Source: Octopus sinensis
Lineage: Eukaryota
Assembly: GCF_006345805.1 (NCBI RefSeq)
Contig: NW_021833926.1
Coordinates: 1 to 52,618 of the forward strand
Direction: 5' to 3'
DNA length: 52,618 nt
Shown in pieces: positions 35,265 to 48,701 of the stretch. Position 1 is the stretch's first letter, and every line of letters begins with the position of its first letter. A model generated the notes under the pieces. It worked only from the letters and a program-made list of their open reading frames with translations. It was not told where the DNA came from and made no database searches. The position numbers and the translations under genes were made by a program.

Positions 35265-35820
35265 GCGGCGAGCTGCCAGAAACGTTAGCACGCCGGGCGA
35301 AATGCTAAGCGGTATTTCATCTGCCGCTACGTTCTGAGTTCAAATTCCGCCGAGGTCAACTTTACCTTTCATCCTTTCGGGGTCGATAAATTAAGTACCA
35401 GTTACGCACTGGAGTCGATATAATCGACTTAACCCGTTTGTCTGTCCTTCTTTGTCCTCTCTGTGTTTAGCCCCTTGTGGGTAGTAAAGAAATAGGTATT
35501 TCGTCCGCCGCTACGTTCTGAGTTCAAATTCCGCCGAGGTCGACTATGCCTTTCATCCTTTCGGGGTCGAGTAAATAAGTACCAGTTACGCACTGGAGTC
35601 GATATAATCGACTTAACCCGTTTGTCTGTCCTTGTTTGTCCTCTCTGTGTTTAGCCCCTTGTGGGTAGTAAAGAAATAGGTATTTCGTATGTCGCTACGT
35701 TCTGAGTTCAAATTCCGCCGAGGTCGACTTTGCCTTTCATCATTTCGGAGTCGATAAAGTAAGTACCAGTTGCGTACTGGTCCCCTCCCCAAAAAATTTC
35801 GGTCCTTGTGCCTAGAGTAG
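35265..35820 (+). mobile_element. SINE family A with three cores (184-bp period)
   Basis: A-box-like tgccagaaacgttag and B-box gagttcaaattcc; units start at 35311, 35495 and 35679. Confidence 0.92.
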
Positions 35821-37333
35821 AAACGATTATAAATCATTATATTATTACTCTTTCGAGGCGCGCGGCAAAGTGATTAAAGTGTTGCACTCGTGATCGTAAG
35901 ATAGTGCTTTCAATTTACAGCGGGTGATGCGTTTTGTTTCTGAAACAAAACACTTCATTTCACGTTGGCCCAGATCATTTCGCTAACGAAAATGACTAAT
36001 TTTGCGACGGACTTGTGTCCCATCCAAAGGAGGGATGCATTCGCCACAGAATCAAGAGGAGAAGTGTGATTTACGTGAGCTCTAAAAGTTGGTTAACTGT
36101 TATGCTATCTCATTTGAAATAGCAATTGTTCAATATACATTTATGCATGTGTGTGTGTGTAATACACATACCTACACACGTGATTATAAATAGATATGCG
36201 TGTGTGTGTGTGTGTGTGCGTGTGTGTGTGTGTGTACAGTACGTGCATATATATATACACACGACGTGCTTTCTCGTAAATTTTACATGCCAAATTCCAC
36301 TCGCAAAGCATTGGTCAAACCACAGCTATGATAGAGGAAATTACACAAACTGCCGTATTGTATGATCATGCTCGGAACCCCATGCTCTCGAAGGAAATGT
36401 CTCTGTATTTCTGGATACTTTCAGCACTTTACTATCTTAGTATCATGGCATAGAATATATCGGAGTGAAAATTTGCTTTTCTACTTTCCTTTATTCGTAG
36501 ATACCTATATCAAATTATTCTATTCTTTTTGTCTCCCATACATTTTCTTATGAAGCAAAATATAACTATATTAGGCTTGAGTGAGAAGAAATTATAAGGA
36601 TGACGTTAGTATTATTAGTACTATATACTGTCTAGTTATTACTCTAGAGATTCTCATACACACGCATACACACATATACATAACACATATATTTACAAGT
36701 TGTATATGTACGCATATTTGTCTTTGCACTAATATGTTTGTGATTGAATGTGTATGTATGTGCGTATATACGTACATTCAAGACTATAATATTTATGGTG
36801 ATGTGGTTTTTCTCTTTTAAGGTGGCAGTGTAAGGTTTAAGGGAAGTTTGGCAGTTATTTCTTGTAGGTCAAGAAACCATTAAGACGCTCCCTCTGGGGG
36901 TCGTCACACAGACATGCACACCTACGCAGTGATCAGATTGCGTGTTGGGGCATGTCTGCGCGCACCGGTGCATATCTCTGCGCATGGGTACATATGCACA
37001 CGCTTGGGTACATATCAGCACGCGTGAGTGCATATCCGTACGCGTGGGTGCATAACCACGCGTACGGGGGTTTATGTTTGTCGTCTGTTTCAATCTGGTG
37101 TCTTAGAGCTTATTTTGAACGGCCATCAGCCGGGTGGCAAGATTCTAATGAGATGCGGACAAACATTAATGATATACAGGAACAGCAACTAGCTCACAGG
37201 TGCAATCTTTCCTTTCATTGTCTCCTTTGTCATTAATAAAACAGCTTCCGATTTTCTGAACTACCTACCTTCATATCGCCTCCACTCATGAAAACCCGAT
37301 GTCTCATTTTTTTCTTCTCTTTTCGCTTGTAGT

Positions 37334-37651
37334 GAAGGCGTGTGGCTCAGTGGTTAGGGGTGCTTGGCTCACAATCGTAAGGTTGTGAGATGGATACACG
37401 GCGGCGCTTTGTATCCTTGAGCAAAACGTTTTATTTCATGTTGTACTCACTTCGAAAATTTTAGTTGTACCAGTAATTCAAAGGGGCCAGCCTTGTCACA
37501 TCTTTTTGTCACCCTCAATCTCCCTCAGAACTACGTTAGGTGTATGCAAGTCTGTAGAGTGCTCGACCACTTTACCGGTTGATTTCACGAGGAAGGCTCT
37601 TCCGTTAATCGGATTGACTGGAAAACTCGTCGTCGTAACCGACGGAGTACC
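37334..37651 (+). mobile_element. SINE family B, tail type 2
   Basis: Colinear with 17008-17320. Confidence 0.85.
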
Positions 37652-37924
37652 GCTTCTTTTTTGTCGCTTGTAGAGTGTCTCACCCATCATGAAATTCCTC
37701 CCTAAATTTTTTGACAATTCCCTCTCCTCAAGAATTAATCTTTTCTGAGTGAAAAACAAATACCTACTCACGTCTTTCCTGAAGATATTGACTCTGAACT
37801 TCCACCGCATTAATATAACTAGTCAATGCCATGGGTGCTGTATCCACTTTTTCCTGCATGTTTGAGTTTGTGTATACATACATACAATTTATATACTTCC
37901 ATACACATATACATAGATACATAC

Positions 37925-37963
<39 letters not shown>

Positions 37964-38850
37964 TGAAACACACACACTGAAACACACATACACACATATA
38001 TATGCGTGTGGTTGTTCACGCACGTGTGTGTATGTATATATTTATATGTCCACACACACACGCACGCACGCATGCACACACACTCATACACACAATAATA
38101 CACACACGTGTGTGTGCGCGCATGTGCGCGCATGTGTGTGTGCATGTGTGTGTGTGTGTACGTATGTATACATGTATGATTTCTTTTTTTTATAAGTCTT
38201 TGAATTCTTCCTATAACAAAGTGTCTGGTTTCTAAGCAAGAAACAACGATCCGCCATTGGAATTCCGACAACAGTAGCTATAAAAAAAGATTTCATGTTA
38301 ACCTTTAGAAGTGAAATGGTTGGAATACTTACACAGATTCGGTAGCACTGTTGGTGTTGGTGTCCTATCAATGTCAGCAATGATCGTTGAAGCGAAATTC
38401 CATTTGGTGAGAAGTATCTTATAGGATGGGTCAGAATAACGCTATATTGTCTACTAAAATGGCAAATACAGCGCAGCATGAAACCAGTAACATAAGATTT
38501 GTCGACATAACTGTAGATGAAAATGCTGAAACACATTTCAACGATTTGTAAGTCGTTTTGTAAAAAAAAAAATGCGCCATCTTTGTAAATGCATGTAGAT
38601 ATGTATGTATGTCTTCACACGTGAATCCATATGTGTCAGCACAATCGTGTCCTCTTGGCATTGTCCTGTGTAATCTTGCAACAAAGTATGTTAATAACTC
38701 TGTATTGTCCACTAAATATAAAGTCACATGTCTAGACTGAAGTATATCGATATAGATGAAGAAGAAAATGTCCAAATACGCATTTGGATAATCTGCTACG
38801 ACTTTAAGTCTGTTTGTAACATCGTCTTTGTATATGTATGTACATATGTA

Positions 38851-39061
38851 TTCTTTTACTCTTTTACTTGTTTCAGTCATTTGGCTGTGGCCATGCTGAA
38901 GCACCGTCTTTTTAGTCGAGCAAATCGACCCCAGGACTTATTCTTTGTAAGCCTAGTACTTATTCTATCGGTCTCTTTTGCCGAACCGCTAAGATACGGG
39001 AACGTAAACACACCAACATCGGTTGTCACGTGATGTTGGTTGAACAAACACAGACACACAA

Positions 39062-39140
<79 letters not shown>

Positions 39141-39303
39141 CGACGGGCCTCTTTCAGTTTCCGTCTACCAAATCCACTCACAAGGCTTTGGTCGCCCTGA
39201 GGCTATAGTAGAAGACACTTGCCCAAGGTGCTACGCAATGGAACTGAACCCGGAACCATGTGGTTGGTAAGCAAGCTACTTACCATACAGTCACTCCTAC
39301 GCC
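38851..39303 (-). mobile_element. SINE family C/D with an expanded internal (CA)n(TA)n
   Basis: Colinear with 3400-3790; internal microsatellite at 39060-39140. Confidence 0.88.
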
Positions 39304-40469
39304 TACGCATATATATATTGATATATATATACGCGTATATCTATTCATACGAATCCGTTTGCTTTCAATATCCACACAATCGTGTTGTCATTTAATTGTC
39401 TTGTGTCACATATCGGGCAATACCGTGCATTAATTTGCTTCCGCGATTTCCCTTAAATGCAATTCGTCCGCAGTGACTAAAACCAAGTTTTCTTCTCTTT
39501 TTAGTAATTGTTCCACAGTACAACATATTTTCTTTATCTTTTATTTGTTTCAGACATTGGCTTGCGGCCAAAATGAGGCAACACCTTAAAGATTTTAATC
39601 GAATAAATCGCAACTCTCCGTTCATATTCTAAAGTTTGATAACTATTTTATCGATCTCTTTTACAGAACTGCTAAGTTACAGGTTGTCCAGCGGCGTGGA
39701 AATAAACGCAAACAAAAAATACGGCGCGCGCGCGTGATTTCTTTTCCCAGTTAGTAGGAGATATCTTGAGATAGGGGTAGATTTAAGTCTCTCTTCTTAG
39801 TACATGAAATAAATATCACGTGTATTCACGGTATTTTGGAGAAACTGTTTTTAAAAGATACACTGCCAATTGGTCCATAAATTTTGGTGCACCTAAAGCA
39901 ACCAGAGGTTGGGTCATATTGAACTTCATACAAACGCATAAGAAATACACAAAACAAATATACAGCCTAAAGTACAATTTTGCATTTATATTCTTTTTCG
40001 TTTGCTGATAAAAGATGGTTCACTTTTGTTTTTGTTTTTCATAATACTGTCCTCCTGGGGCTATACACTACAGTAGCATCCACCCTTAGGGGTTAGCCAT
40101 ATTTAAATGGCAAATATACGTCACGATGTGTTGTAGCTACTGTTTATAACTCGCTCTGAGATAAATGATATGTTTGAAAACAAAGTGAGCAACGCAGGTG
40201 AGAAATTGGGGAAAATATGAAAACAGAAATGATATATTACCATACATACGTTGTTTAATGGTTTTATAACGTTTCGGGAAAGATTCTCCTTTTCAATTTA
40301 AAGACAAGTAATTATCGATAAGCTTCGTAAAATTGTCTAGCAAACCACTCTGGTTTATCTTGGTAATAACAAAATATTTCTCCATGCTCTTATCTTTCTT
40401 CTATTCAAAATGGAAAATCTTTCTCGAAATACAATAGAATCATTAAACAACTTATATTGTTTCATGGAA

Positions 40470-40694
40470 TTTGGTGGAAGGCGGGAGGGGATAAGTCAAT
40501 TACATTGACCCCAGTGCTTGACTGGTACTTATTTCATCGACCTCGACCAAATTTGAACCCAGAACGTAAAGACGGACGTAATGCCGCTAAGCAGTTTTCC
40601 CGGTGTGCTAACTATTCCAACTATAATAATAATAACAACAACAACAACAACAATAACAATGATAATCATAATAATAATAATAATGATGATAATC

Positions 40695-40731
<37 letters not shown>

Positions 40732-40765
40732 CAACAACAACACAACAACAATAACAATGATAATC

Positions 40766-40814
<49 letters not shown>

Positions 40815-41010
40815 ACTAAAGGCATCAGGCCTGAAATTTTGGGGGAGAGAAGTCGATTACATCGATCCCAGTATTCAACTGGTACTTAATTTATCGACCG
40901 CGGAAGGGTGAAAAGCAAAGACGACCTCAGTGGAATTTGAACTCAGAACATACAGACAGACGAAGTACCACGAAGTATTTTGTCTGGCGTGTTAATAATT
41001 CTGCCAGCTT

Positions 41011-41064
<54 letters not shown>

Positions 41065-41632
41065 ATAATACTTTCTACTGGAGACACAAGACCTCAAATT
41101 TGTAGGAGGGAACTAGTCGACCCCAATGTATCACTGATACTTACTTTATCGACCCCGAAAGGATGAAAGACAAAGTCGACCTCGGCAGAATTTAAAATCA
41201 GAATGTAGCGGCAGATGAAATACCTATTTCTTTCCTACCCACAAGGGGCTAATCACAGAGGGGACAAACAAGGACAGACAAACGGATTAAGTCGATTATA
41301 TCGACCCCAGTGCGTAACTGGTACTTTAATTTATCGACCCCGAAAGGATGAAAAGCAAAGTCGACCTCGGCGGAATTTGAACTCAGAACGTAACGGCAGA
41401 CGAAATACCGCTAAGCACTTCGCCAGGCGATTCTGCCAGCTCACCACTTTAGTAAAAATAATAATAATAATAATGATAATTTCAAATTTTTTCCACAAGG
41501 GGCAGCCTGAAGGAAGGGATTAAGTCAATTACATCGCCTCAGTGGAATTTGAACGCAGAACGTAGCTGCAGATGAAATACCGCAAAGCACTTCGCCCGGC
41601 GTGCTGACGACTCTACCAGCTCGCCACCTTAG
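40470..41632 (-). mobile_element. Cluster of family A SINE copies separated by (AAT)n/(AGT)n tracts
   Basis: Copies at ~40470-40620, 40812-41010, 41080-41450 (two cores, junction near 41222) and 41490-41632. Confidence 0.85.
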
Positions 41633-41646
41633 TAATAACGATAATG

Positions 41647-41717
<71 letters not shown>

Positions 41718-41804
41718 AACAACAAGAACAACAACAACAATAATAATAATGATAATGATAATAATAATAGTAATAATAATAATCATAATAATAATAATAA
41801 TAAT

Positions 41805-41850
<46 letters not shown>
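41633..41850. repeat. (AAT)n/(GAT)n microsatellite
   Basis: Direct reading. Confidence 0.95.
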
Positions 41851-41851
<1 letters not shown>

Positions 41852-42376
41852 CATTTTATTTGCAATACTGTGTGTGGTATTGCTAATAATTGGTTTTAAC
41901 TTATTTAAAATTAAGAACAATGACTTTTATAGCGAGTTTGACAATTTTTGTGACATTATAAACACTTTTAAGTTAAAATATGAAATAATTTGTTTTATGA
42001 CTCATTTTAAGACAACTTCTTGTCTCGATTTTCAAATATTTTCCAATTTTTTAAAAATAAATTATATTTATTTATTTATTTCTTTAAAATTATTGTATAG
42101 CAAACTGAGAATGAGTCATTTTAATATTAATGTTACAATATGGGTATTAAAATGGAAAACTGTAGAGAATGAGATGAATTGAAAGAGCTATTGTTGCTGT
42201 TGTTGTTGTTGGCGGTGGTGGTGATTGTGGTGGTGGTGGTGGGGGTGGGGGTGGTTCTAGGTGCTGGTGCTGGTGCTGGTGGTACTGGTGGTACTGGTGG
42301 TGCTGGTTCCGGTGGTGCAGTGGCGGTAGCAGCAGCGAGATTGTTGTTCAAACCCCAGATCAGTTTTGAGCGATTT

Positions 42377-42704
42377 GAAGGTGCGTGGCTTAGTGGTTAG
42401 GGTGATCAGCTCACGATTGTAAGGCAGTGGCTTCGACTCCCGTCAGCGTGTTGTGTCCTTCAGAAAGACACTTTATTTCAAGTTGCTCCTGTCCACTCAG
42501 TTGCAAAAAAAAAAAAATTCACTGTAGATGTAATTCATAGGGTTAGCCTTGTCATATTGTGTGTCACACTGAATTTGCCTGAGAACTACGTTAAGGGTAA
42601 GCCTGTATGTGGAGTACTCAGGCACTTTCACGTTAATTTCGAAAGCAAGCTATTTCATTGATCGGATCAACTTGAACACTCGTGATCGTAACCAACGCAG
42701 TGTC
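42377..42704 (+). mobile_element. SINE family B, tail type 2
   Basis: Colinear with 17008-17320; CORE-like gttgtgtccttcagaaagacactt. Confidence 0.85.
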
Positions 42705-43164
42705 ATTTAAAAAATGTCTTAAGCGAGAAAACTTATACACAGGACGGTCCAAATATAACCATCACGTATGTTGTGGCAACTTATTCTGGATAACATTATA
42801 CTATGTGTACTCCTATTTTCTTTAAATGCTACACAGTACTAAAAGAAAATTTAGTTACTATTTCTAATAGGCTCATTGTTGGTTTGGACTGATGCATATG
42901 GTGTGTGAACTGGTAAAAATAATAATTGTTTTTAACTTAGGTACGATAGCAACAATTTGGTGGAAGAACGGGTAGCTGATTACGTCAACTTCCATACTTT
43001 AGTACTTTATTTTACTGACCTCAGAGGGGTGGAAAGCAACGATGATTTTTTTAGTTAGATTTGAACTCAGAATGTAAGGACAAACGCTGCAAGTCATTTT
43101 GTGCAACGCTCTAACGATTGAATCAATACAACGGCCATTTTCTTTTTTACCCCCAAAGCATAAA

Positions 43165-43385
43165 TTATATATTGGTTTATAATTTTGGCACACGGACAGC
43201 AATTTCGGGGTAGGAGGAAATCGATTACAGCGACCCAATGCTCGACTGGCATTCATTTTATCGACCTCGAAAAAGATGAAAAGCAAAGTCAACCTCGGCG
43301 TGATTTGAACTCAGAATGTGAAAACGGACGAAATACAGCTAAGCATGTTGTCCGTCGTGCTAACGTTTACACCAGCACGCCGAAA
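43165..43385 (-). mobile_element. SINE family A copy
   Basis: Reverse complement of the family A core and terminal tail. Confidence 0.75.
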
Positions 43386-43434
43386 CAAGCAGAAATTATA
43401 TATTATAATGCACATTAATATATGTTTAAAAAAA

Positions 43435-43950
43435 GGCGGTGAGCTGGCGGACTCATTAGCACACCAGGCGAAATATTTACCGGTATTTCGTCCCTTTTCA
43501 TGGTTTCAGTTCAAATTCCACCGAGCTCTACTTTACCTTTCATCCTTTTAAAGGCGGCGAGCTGGCAGAAACGTTAGCACACCGGGCGAAATGCGTAGCC
43601 GTATTTCGTCTGCCGTTACGTTCTGAGTTCAAATTCCGCCGAGGTCGAATTTGCCTTTCATCCTTTCGGGGTCGATTAAATAGGTACCAGTTACGCACTG
43701 GGGTCGATATAATCGACTTAATCCGTTTGTCTATCCTTGTTTGTCCTCTCTGTGTATAGCCCCTTATGTGTAGTAAAGAAATAGGTTTTTCGTCTGCCGC
43801 TACGTTCTGAATTCAAATTCCGCCGAGGTCGACTTTGCCTTTCATCCTTTCGGGGTCGATAAAATAAGTACCAGTTGCGTACTGGGGTCAATCTGATCGA
43901 TTGGCCCCTTCCCCAAAAATTTCGAGCCCTGTGCCTTGAGTAGAAAAGAA
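43435..43950 (+). mobile_element. Two adjacent family A SINEs (43435-43548 truncated; 43552-43950 with two cores, 184-bp period)
   Basis: Unit starts at ~43600 and 43784. Confidence 0.88.
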
Positions 43951-44617
43951 TATATGTTTCAAACGATAGCGAGTTTTGGAAGTAGAAAATTTAGGCAATT
44001 ATATCGAGACTTTAGTTTATCTATACAGAAAGTATGAAAAGCAAAGTTACCCATAAATTACCAGGACAAATATCGCAAGGCATTTTGTTCGACGGTCAAG
44101 CACTTCAGCTAACTCGTCACCCTCTATAATTTCTTACACATCTACCGCTTGTTTTAGTTCTTGTTTCTAGTAATTTCACTTAATTTCTGTTCCAGCTTCG
44201 AATCTCTTCTGTTATTTCATTAACTATTTCATGTGAACCAATTCATTATACTTAATCGTTGCTAAGAAACAAGAAATCGCACAAAAGTCTTAACTGTAAC
44301 AGACCGGTGTGTTAAAAAGTGCAGGGACTTTAATCCACATCGCGAGATTAGAGATAATCACCGGCACTTTAAAACAGTTTTCATAATAATCACCTGATAA
44401 CATCATTGCATCTACAATTATAGACAGGAGTTTTTTGTGTTTTAGGGAATATAAGTCAGGGTCTAAATACCCGATGCGTGTCGTTCTTAACTCGTTAGTA
44501 TATAAATTTCTGATTCTTAAACTCCATCTTTATCGTTTAACACACACACACACACACACACACACAACACACACACACACACAAATAAATATATGCAAAA
44601 TTATACATATATATACA

Positions 44618-44764
44618 CGATGGGCTTCTTTTCAGTTTCCTCTACCACATCCACTCACAAGGCATTGCTCGGACCGAAGCTAAAGTAGGAAACACTTGCT
44701 CAAGACTGAACCCGAAACCATGTGGTTGGTAAGCAAGCTTCTTACACATAGCCACGCCTGCGCC
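44618..44764 (-). mobile_element. SINE family C head
   Basis: Matches 24845-25004 and 39141-39303. Confidence 0.8.
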
Positions 44765-44778
44765 TATATATATATATT

Positions 44779-44895
44779 GGCCTGCTCGCTTAGCCAGCGG
44801 GGTGTCGTCATTCGAAGGCTAAAACAATGCGAACGCATTGTGACCAGCGATGTATAGCAACATCTGATAGTCTGGTCGGTCATGTGATCACGTGA
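44779..44895. mobile_element. Short hairpin-rich interspersed element embedded in (TA)n
   Basis: Three stem-loops; a diverged second copy lies at 47738-47830. Confidence 0.6.
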
Positions 44896-45128
44896 TATAT
44901 ATTTATATATATGCATATATACATATATATGTGTACATACTTACATCTATATGTATATATACATGGATATATGGGTACAGGACATCAAAAAACGTTGAAC
45001 ACAATGAGAAACGAAAACATTAAAACAAAAACATGGAAACGAGACATACGACATAAAGAATATTCCCCTTCTTCAGTTGTCCCTGTTTCAACTATTCCAT
45101 GTTTTGAAGGTAAGGACATGTATGTATA

Positions 45129-45169
<41 letters not shown>

Positions 45170-45202
<33 letters not shown>

Positions 45203-45365
45203 TGTATGTATGTATCTATATATCTATCTGTCTGTCTGTCTGTCTACTTCTCTATCTGTCCGTCTGTCTGTCTGTCTGTCTGTCTGTCTGTGTCTATTTA
45301 TCTATCTTCTTTTTTCACGATCCCTTTTGATCAGAATTCGCCTCCCGCCCTTTTCCGCCTTAAAG

Positions 45366-45415
<50 letters not shown>

Positions 45416-45751
45416 GTATCTATCTGTCTGTCTGTCTGTCTGTCTATCTGTCTGTTTGTCTGTCTGTCTGTCTAACTACTACCTACCTACCTACCTACCT
45501 ACCTACCTACCTACCTACCTACTTACCTACCTACCTACATACATGCATACATGCATACACCGTATCAGTCTTTTAAAAGTAACTACTGGGGTCGATTCGT
45601 TCGACTAAAATTCTTCAAGGCTGGGCTCCTTCATAGCCGCAGGCTAATGATTGGAATAAGGGAAAAATAGTACATACATACATACATACATACACATATA
45701 CATACATGCATACATAATATACATACATACATAATATATTATATATATATA

Positions 45752-45834
<83 letters not shown>

Positions 45835-45836
45835 CA

Positions 45837-45886
<50 letters not shown>

Positions 45887-46428
45887 ATATATATGTAGTA
45901 TGTATGTATATTATGTATGCATGTATGTATGCGTGTATGTATATGTGTATGTATGTATGTATGTATGTACTATTTTCCCCTTATTCCAATCATTAGCCTG
46001 CGGCTATGAAGGAGCCCAGCCTTGAAGAATTTTAGTCGAACGAATCGACCCCAGTAGTTACGTTTAAAAGACTGATACGGTGTATGCATGTATGCATGTA
46101 TGTAGGTAGGTAGGTAAGTGGGTAGGTAGGTAGGTAGGTAGGTAGGTAGTAGTTAGACAGACAGACAGACAAACAGACAGATAGACAGACAGACAGACAG
46201 ACAGATAGATACATAGAGAGAGAGAGAGAGATTTCTTTATTGGCCACGCAGGGCTAGACACAGAAGGGACAAAATACAAAGTAGAGCTTTTCTTTTTGTG
46301 AAGAAGAGAAGGCGGAAAAGGGCGGGGGGCGAATTCTGATCAAAAGGGATCGTGAAAAAAGAAGATAGATAGATAGACACAGACAGACAGACAGACAGAC
46401 AGATAGAGAAGTAGACAGACAGACAGAC

Positions 46429-46461
<33 letters not shown>

Positions 46462-46495
46462 CATACATACATACATACATACATACATACATACA

Positions 46496-46526
<31 letters not shown>

Positions 46527-46530
46527 GTAT
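45170..46530. repeat. Inverted duplication (~560-640 bp arms) centred on a (TA)n tract
   Basis: Unique segments 45301-45360 and 45560-45673 recur as reverse complements at 46310-46376 and 45967-46085, with the same order of microsatellites; the right arm has an extra ~70 bp (46240-46309). Confidence 0.9.
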
Positions 46531-46659
46531 ACAGCTACATATAATACATAGAAAAGCCATGCTATTTTTTATTAAACAAGCGCAATATAAATCGTTAGAT
46601 TCAAATATGAAACATATTACATTCATAGTAACTGCAGTATACATAATCACAAAAATAAG

Positions 46660-47250
46660 ATTCTAAATATTATATGGAACAATACTCCTTATACGTTATG
46701 CTTGCGTTAATAGTGTCAGTGTTATACTAAACATTAAGAATACACATTTTGTCAAAGAATATACACTTAAGATTTTTAGTAAAAGTAGCTTGAAGATGAG
46801 CTGTTGTTGCACCAAAAACTTTGGTGCAAAGAATTAGGATAGAATCATTCATTAACAACATAAAAAACTTCTTCCTTGTGTAGTTCCAACAACGCTAACA
46901 TCTTCTTTAACAACAGTATATGCATTTCTGAAACCTTACGTTGTCAAGCTAAAATCCCACTTACAGATAACTGTGTAAATAGAATGCTGTTCAGAGCTCA
47001 TTGAATATCTCGTAGAAGAATATTCTTAGCGGATAGTATACATTCGTCTTCTCAATAAGATGTTATGCCACATTACTCTCTAATTATATCTGGAATTTAA
47101 ATGATGATAGTATTAACACTTTTAAGATCGATTGATCTATTGTATCAGAAGCTACGATCTCTGCCTCTCGTAGAGGCGACATACTATTATGAACTTTGCA
47201 TGCTAATTATGTTCAGAACTTCGGAATTGGTGATTTCTTGCAGGCATTTC
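46660..47250 (+). pseudogene. Degraded PLE linker and GIY-YIG endonuclease (older lineage)
   Basis: HFVKEYTLKIFSKSSLKMSCCCTKN (46745) and TLLSNYIWNL...FKID*SIV (47070) correspond to HFPxxHxLxKIFNxNTxKxSYSC and TxLSxYIWxLK...IxWxI motifs. Confidence 0.6.
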
Positions 47251-47680
47251 CATTGTTATTTACAGAGGAATTTCTAACTGTCAACTAGGCAAAATTTTTA
47301 ATTTGTATTTAATGAATTCAACATATCATGAAAGATGGCTATAGAATTTTTTTAAATATTCATTTATTCATTTATTCATTTTATGTGTGTGTACACATGA
47401 GGATTCTGTCTCCATTACTTTTACGGAACATGGTGGAAATTATTCCGCCCAAATTCCTGTCGTGATACCACATACACTAAATGTACCTACACACACCAAA
47501 TATATATATTCTCTCTTTGTCTCTCTCTCTCTGCCTCAGCTCATCTCTCTCTCTCTCTCTTATTCTTCTTTCGTTTCCCTGTCCTCTTTCTCCCTCTTTT
47601 ACTCTCCCTCTTCCACGAAAGAAAAAGCAATGTTGTTTAATATGTGTGTGTATGTATATATAAATGTATTTATATGTTTC

Positions 47681-47716
<36 letters not shown>

Positions 47717-47918
47717 CACACACATACACACACACAGAGCTAGCGAGGTGGCATACTTCGAAAGCTGCAACAATGGTATTGCGACCAGTGCTGTATAACA
47801 GCATTCAATAATCTGGTCAGTATAGTTACACATGTGTAAAGGTATGTATGTATGTGTGTATGTACGTACGTACGTACGTATGTTTGTATATATGTATGTA
47901 TCTATGTATGTATGTATG

Positions 47919-47949
<31 letters not shown>

Positions 47950-48489
47950 GCATATATGTATAATAATGAAAGACGTTACATGAATTTAGCATCACAATCT
48001 CCGTTCAATTATGCGAAATATTCAATCACTAAGAGTGTACAATGACTAGACAGATAGTCGGAGCAATGGTGTAAGAATTATGAATGAATAGGGAATACAC
48101 AACGCAGAATAAATATGGAATAGTTGCGCATGTTACTTCGCAACATATCTAAATTTTTCGATGAATATTAACTACATCAGCGGCTGTTGAACTAACGAGA
48201 GTTGCACGTTTAGCTGTACACACAATATGGATAGCAGTTGTTGGCACTTATACCCGATCTTGTTTTTTTTTCTCATTTTAGACAGACATACACTTACGAA
48301 CACACAAATATAAGTACCAACATATATATAGTGTATATATAATGTATAACGTATATAATGTATAGATGTGTGTGTATGCATGTATGTGTAGGTATGCATG
48401 TATAATTTAATAAAAATATATATTGTGTTTATTAAATAATATTATCTCACCAGATGGAGTATTTTTTTGTTTATCTTACCATCACTGAA

Positions 48490-48666
48490 CTGTATACTAT
48501 ATATATATTATATATATATATATATATAGAAAGAGAGAGAGAGAGATAGATATATATGTACATATGTATGTATGTATGAGTCTATGTGTGTATAAATGTA
48601 TGTCTCTATGTATGTAAGCTAGGAGTTTTAAATGACTATTCTTTTAGATGTATCTGATATATACAT

Positions 48667-48701
<35 letters not shown>

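Noticed and set aside
44779-44822. HDV-like ribozyme fold (ttagcc...cgaa-ggctaa)
   Set aside because: There are too few nucleotides between the putative P2 strands for P3, L3, P1 and P4.
45060-45105. Minus-strand gaaacagggacaactgaagaagggg containing both GAAAC and CUGAAGA
   Set aside because: The order and pairing do not fit any hammerhead topology I could build.
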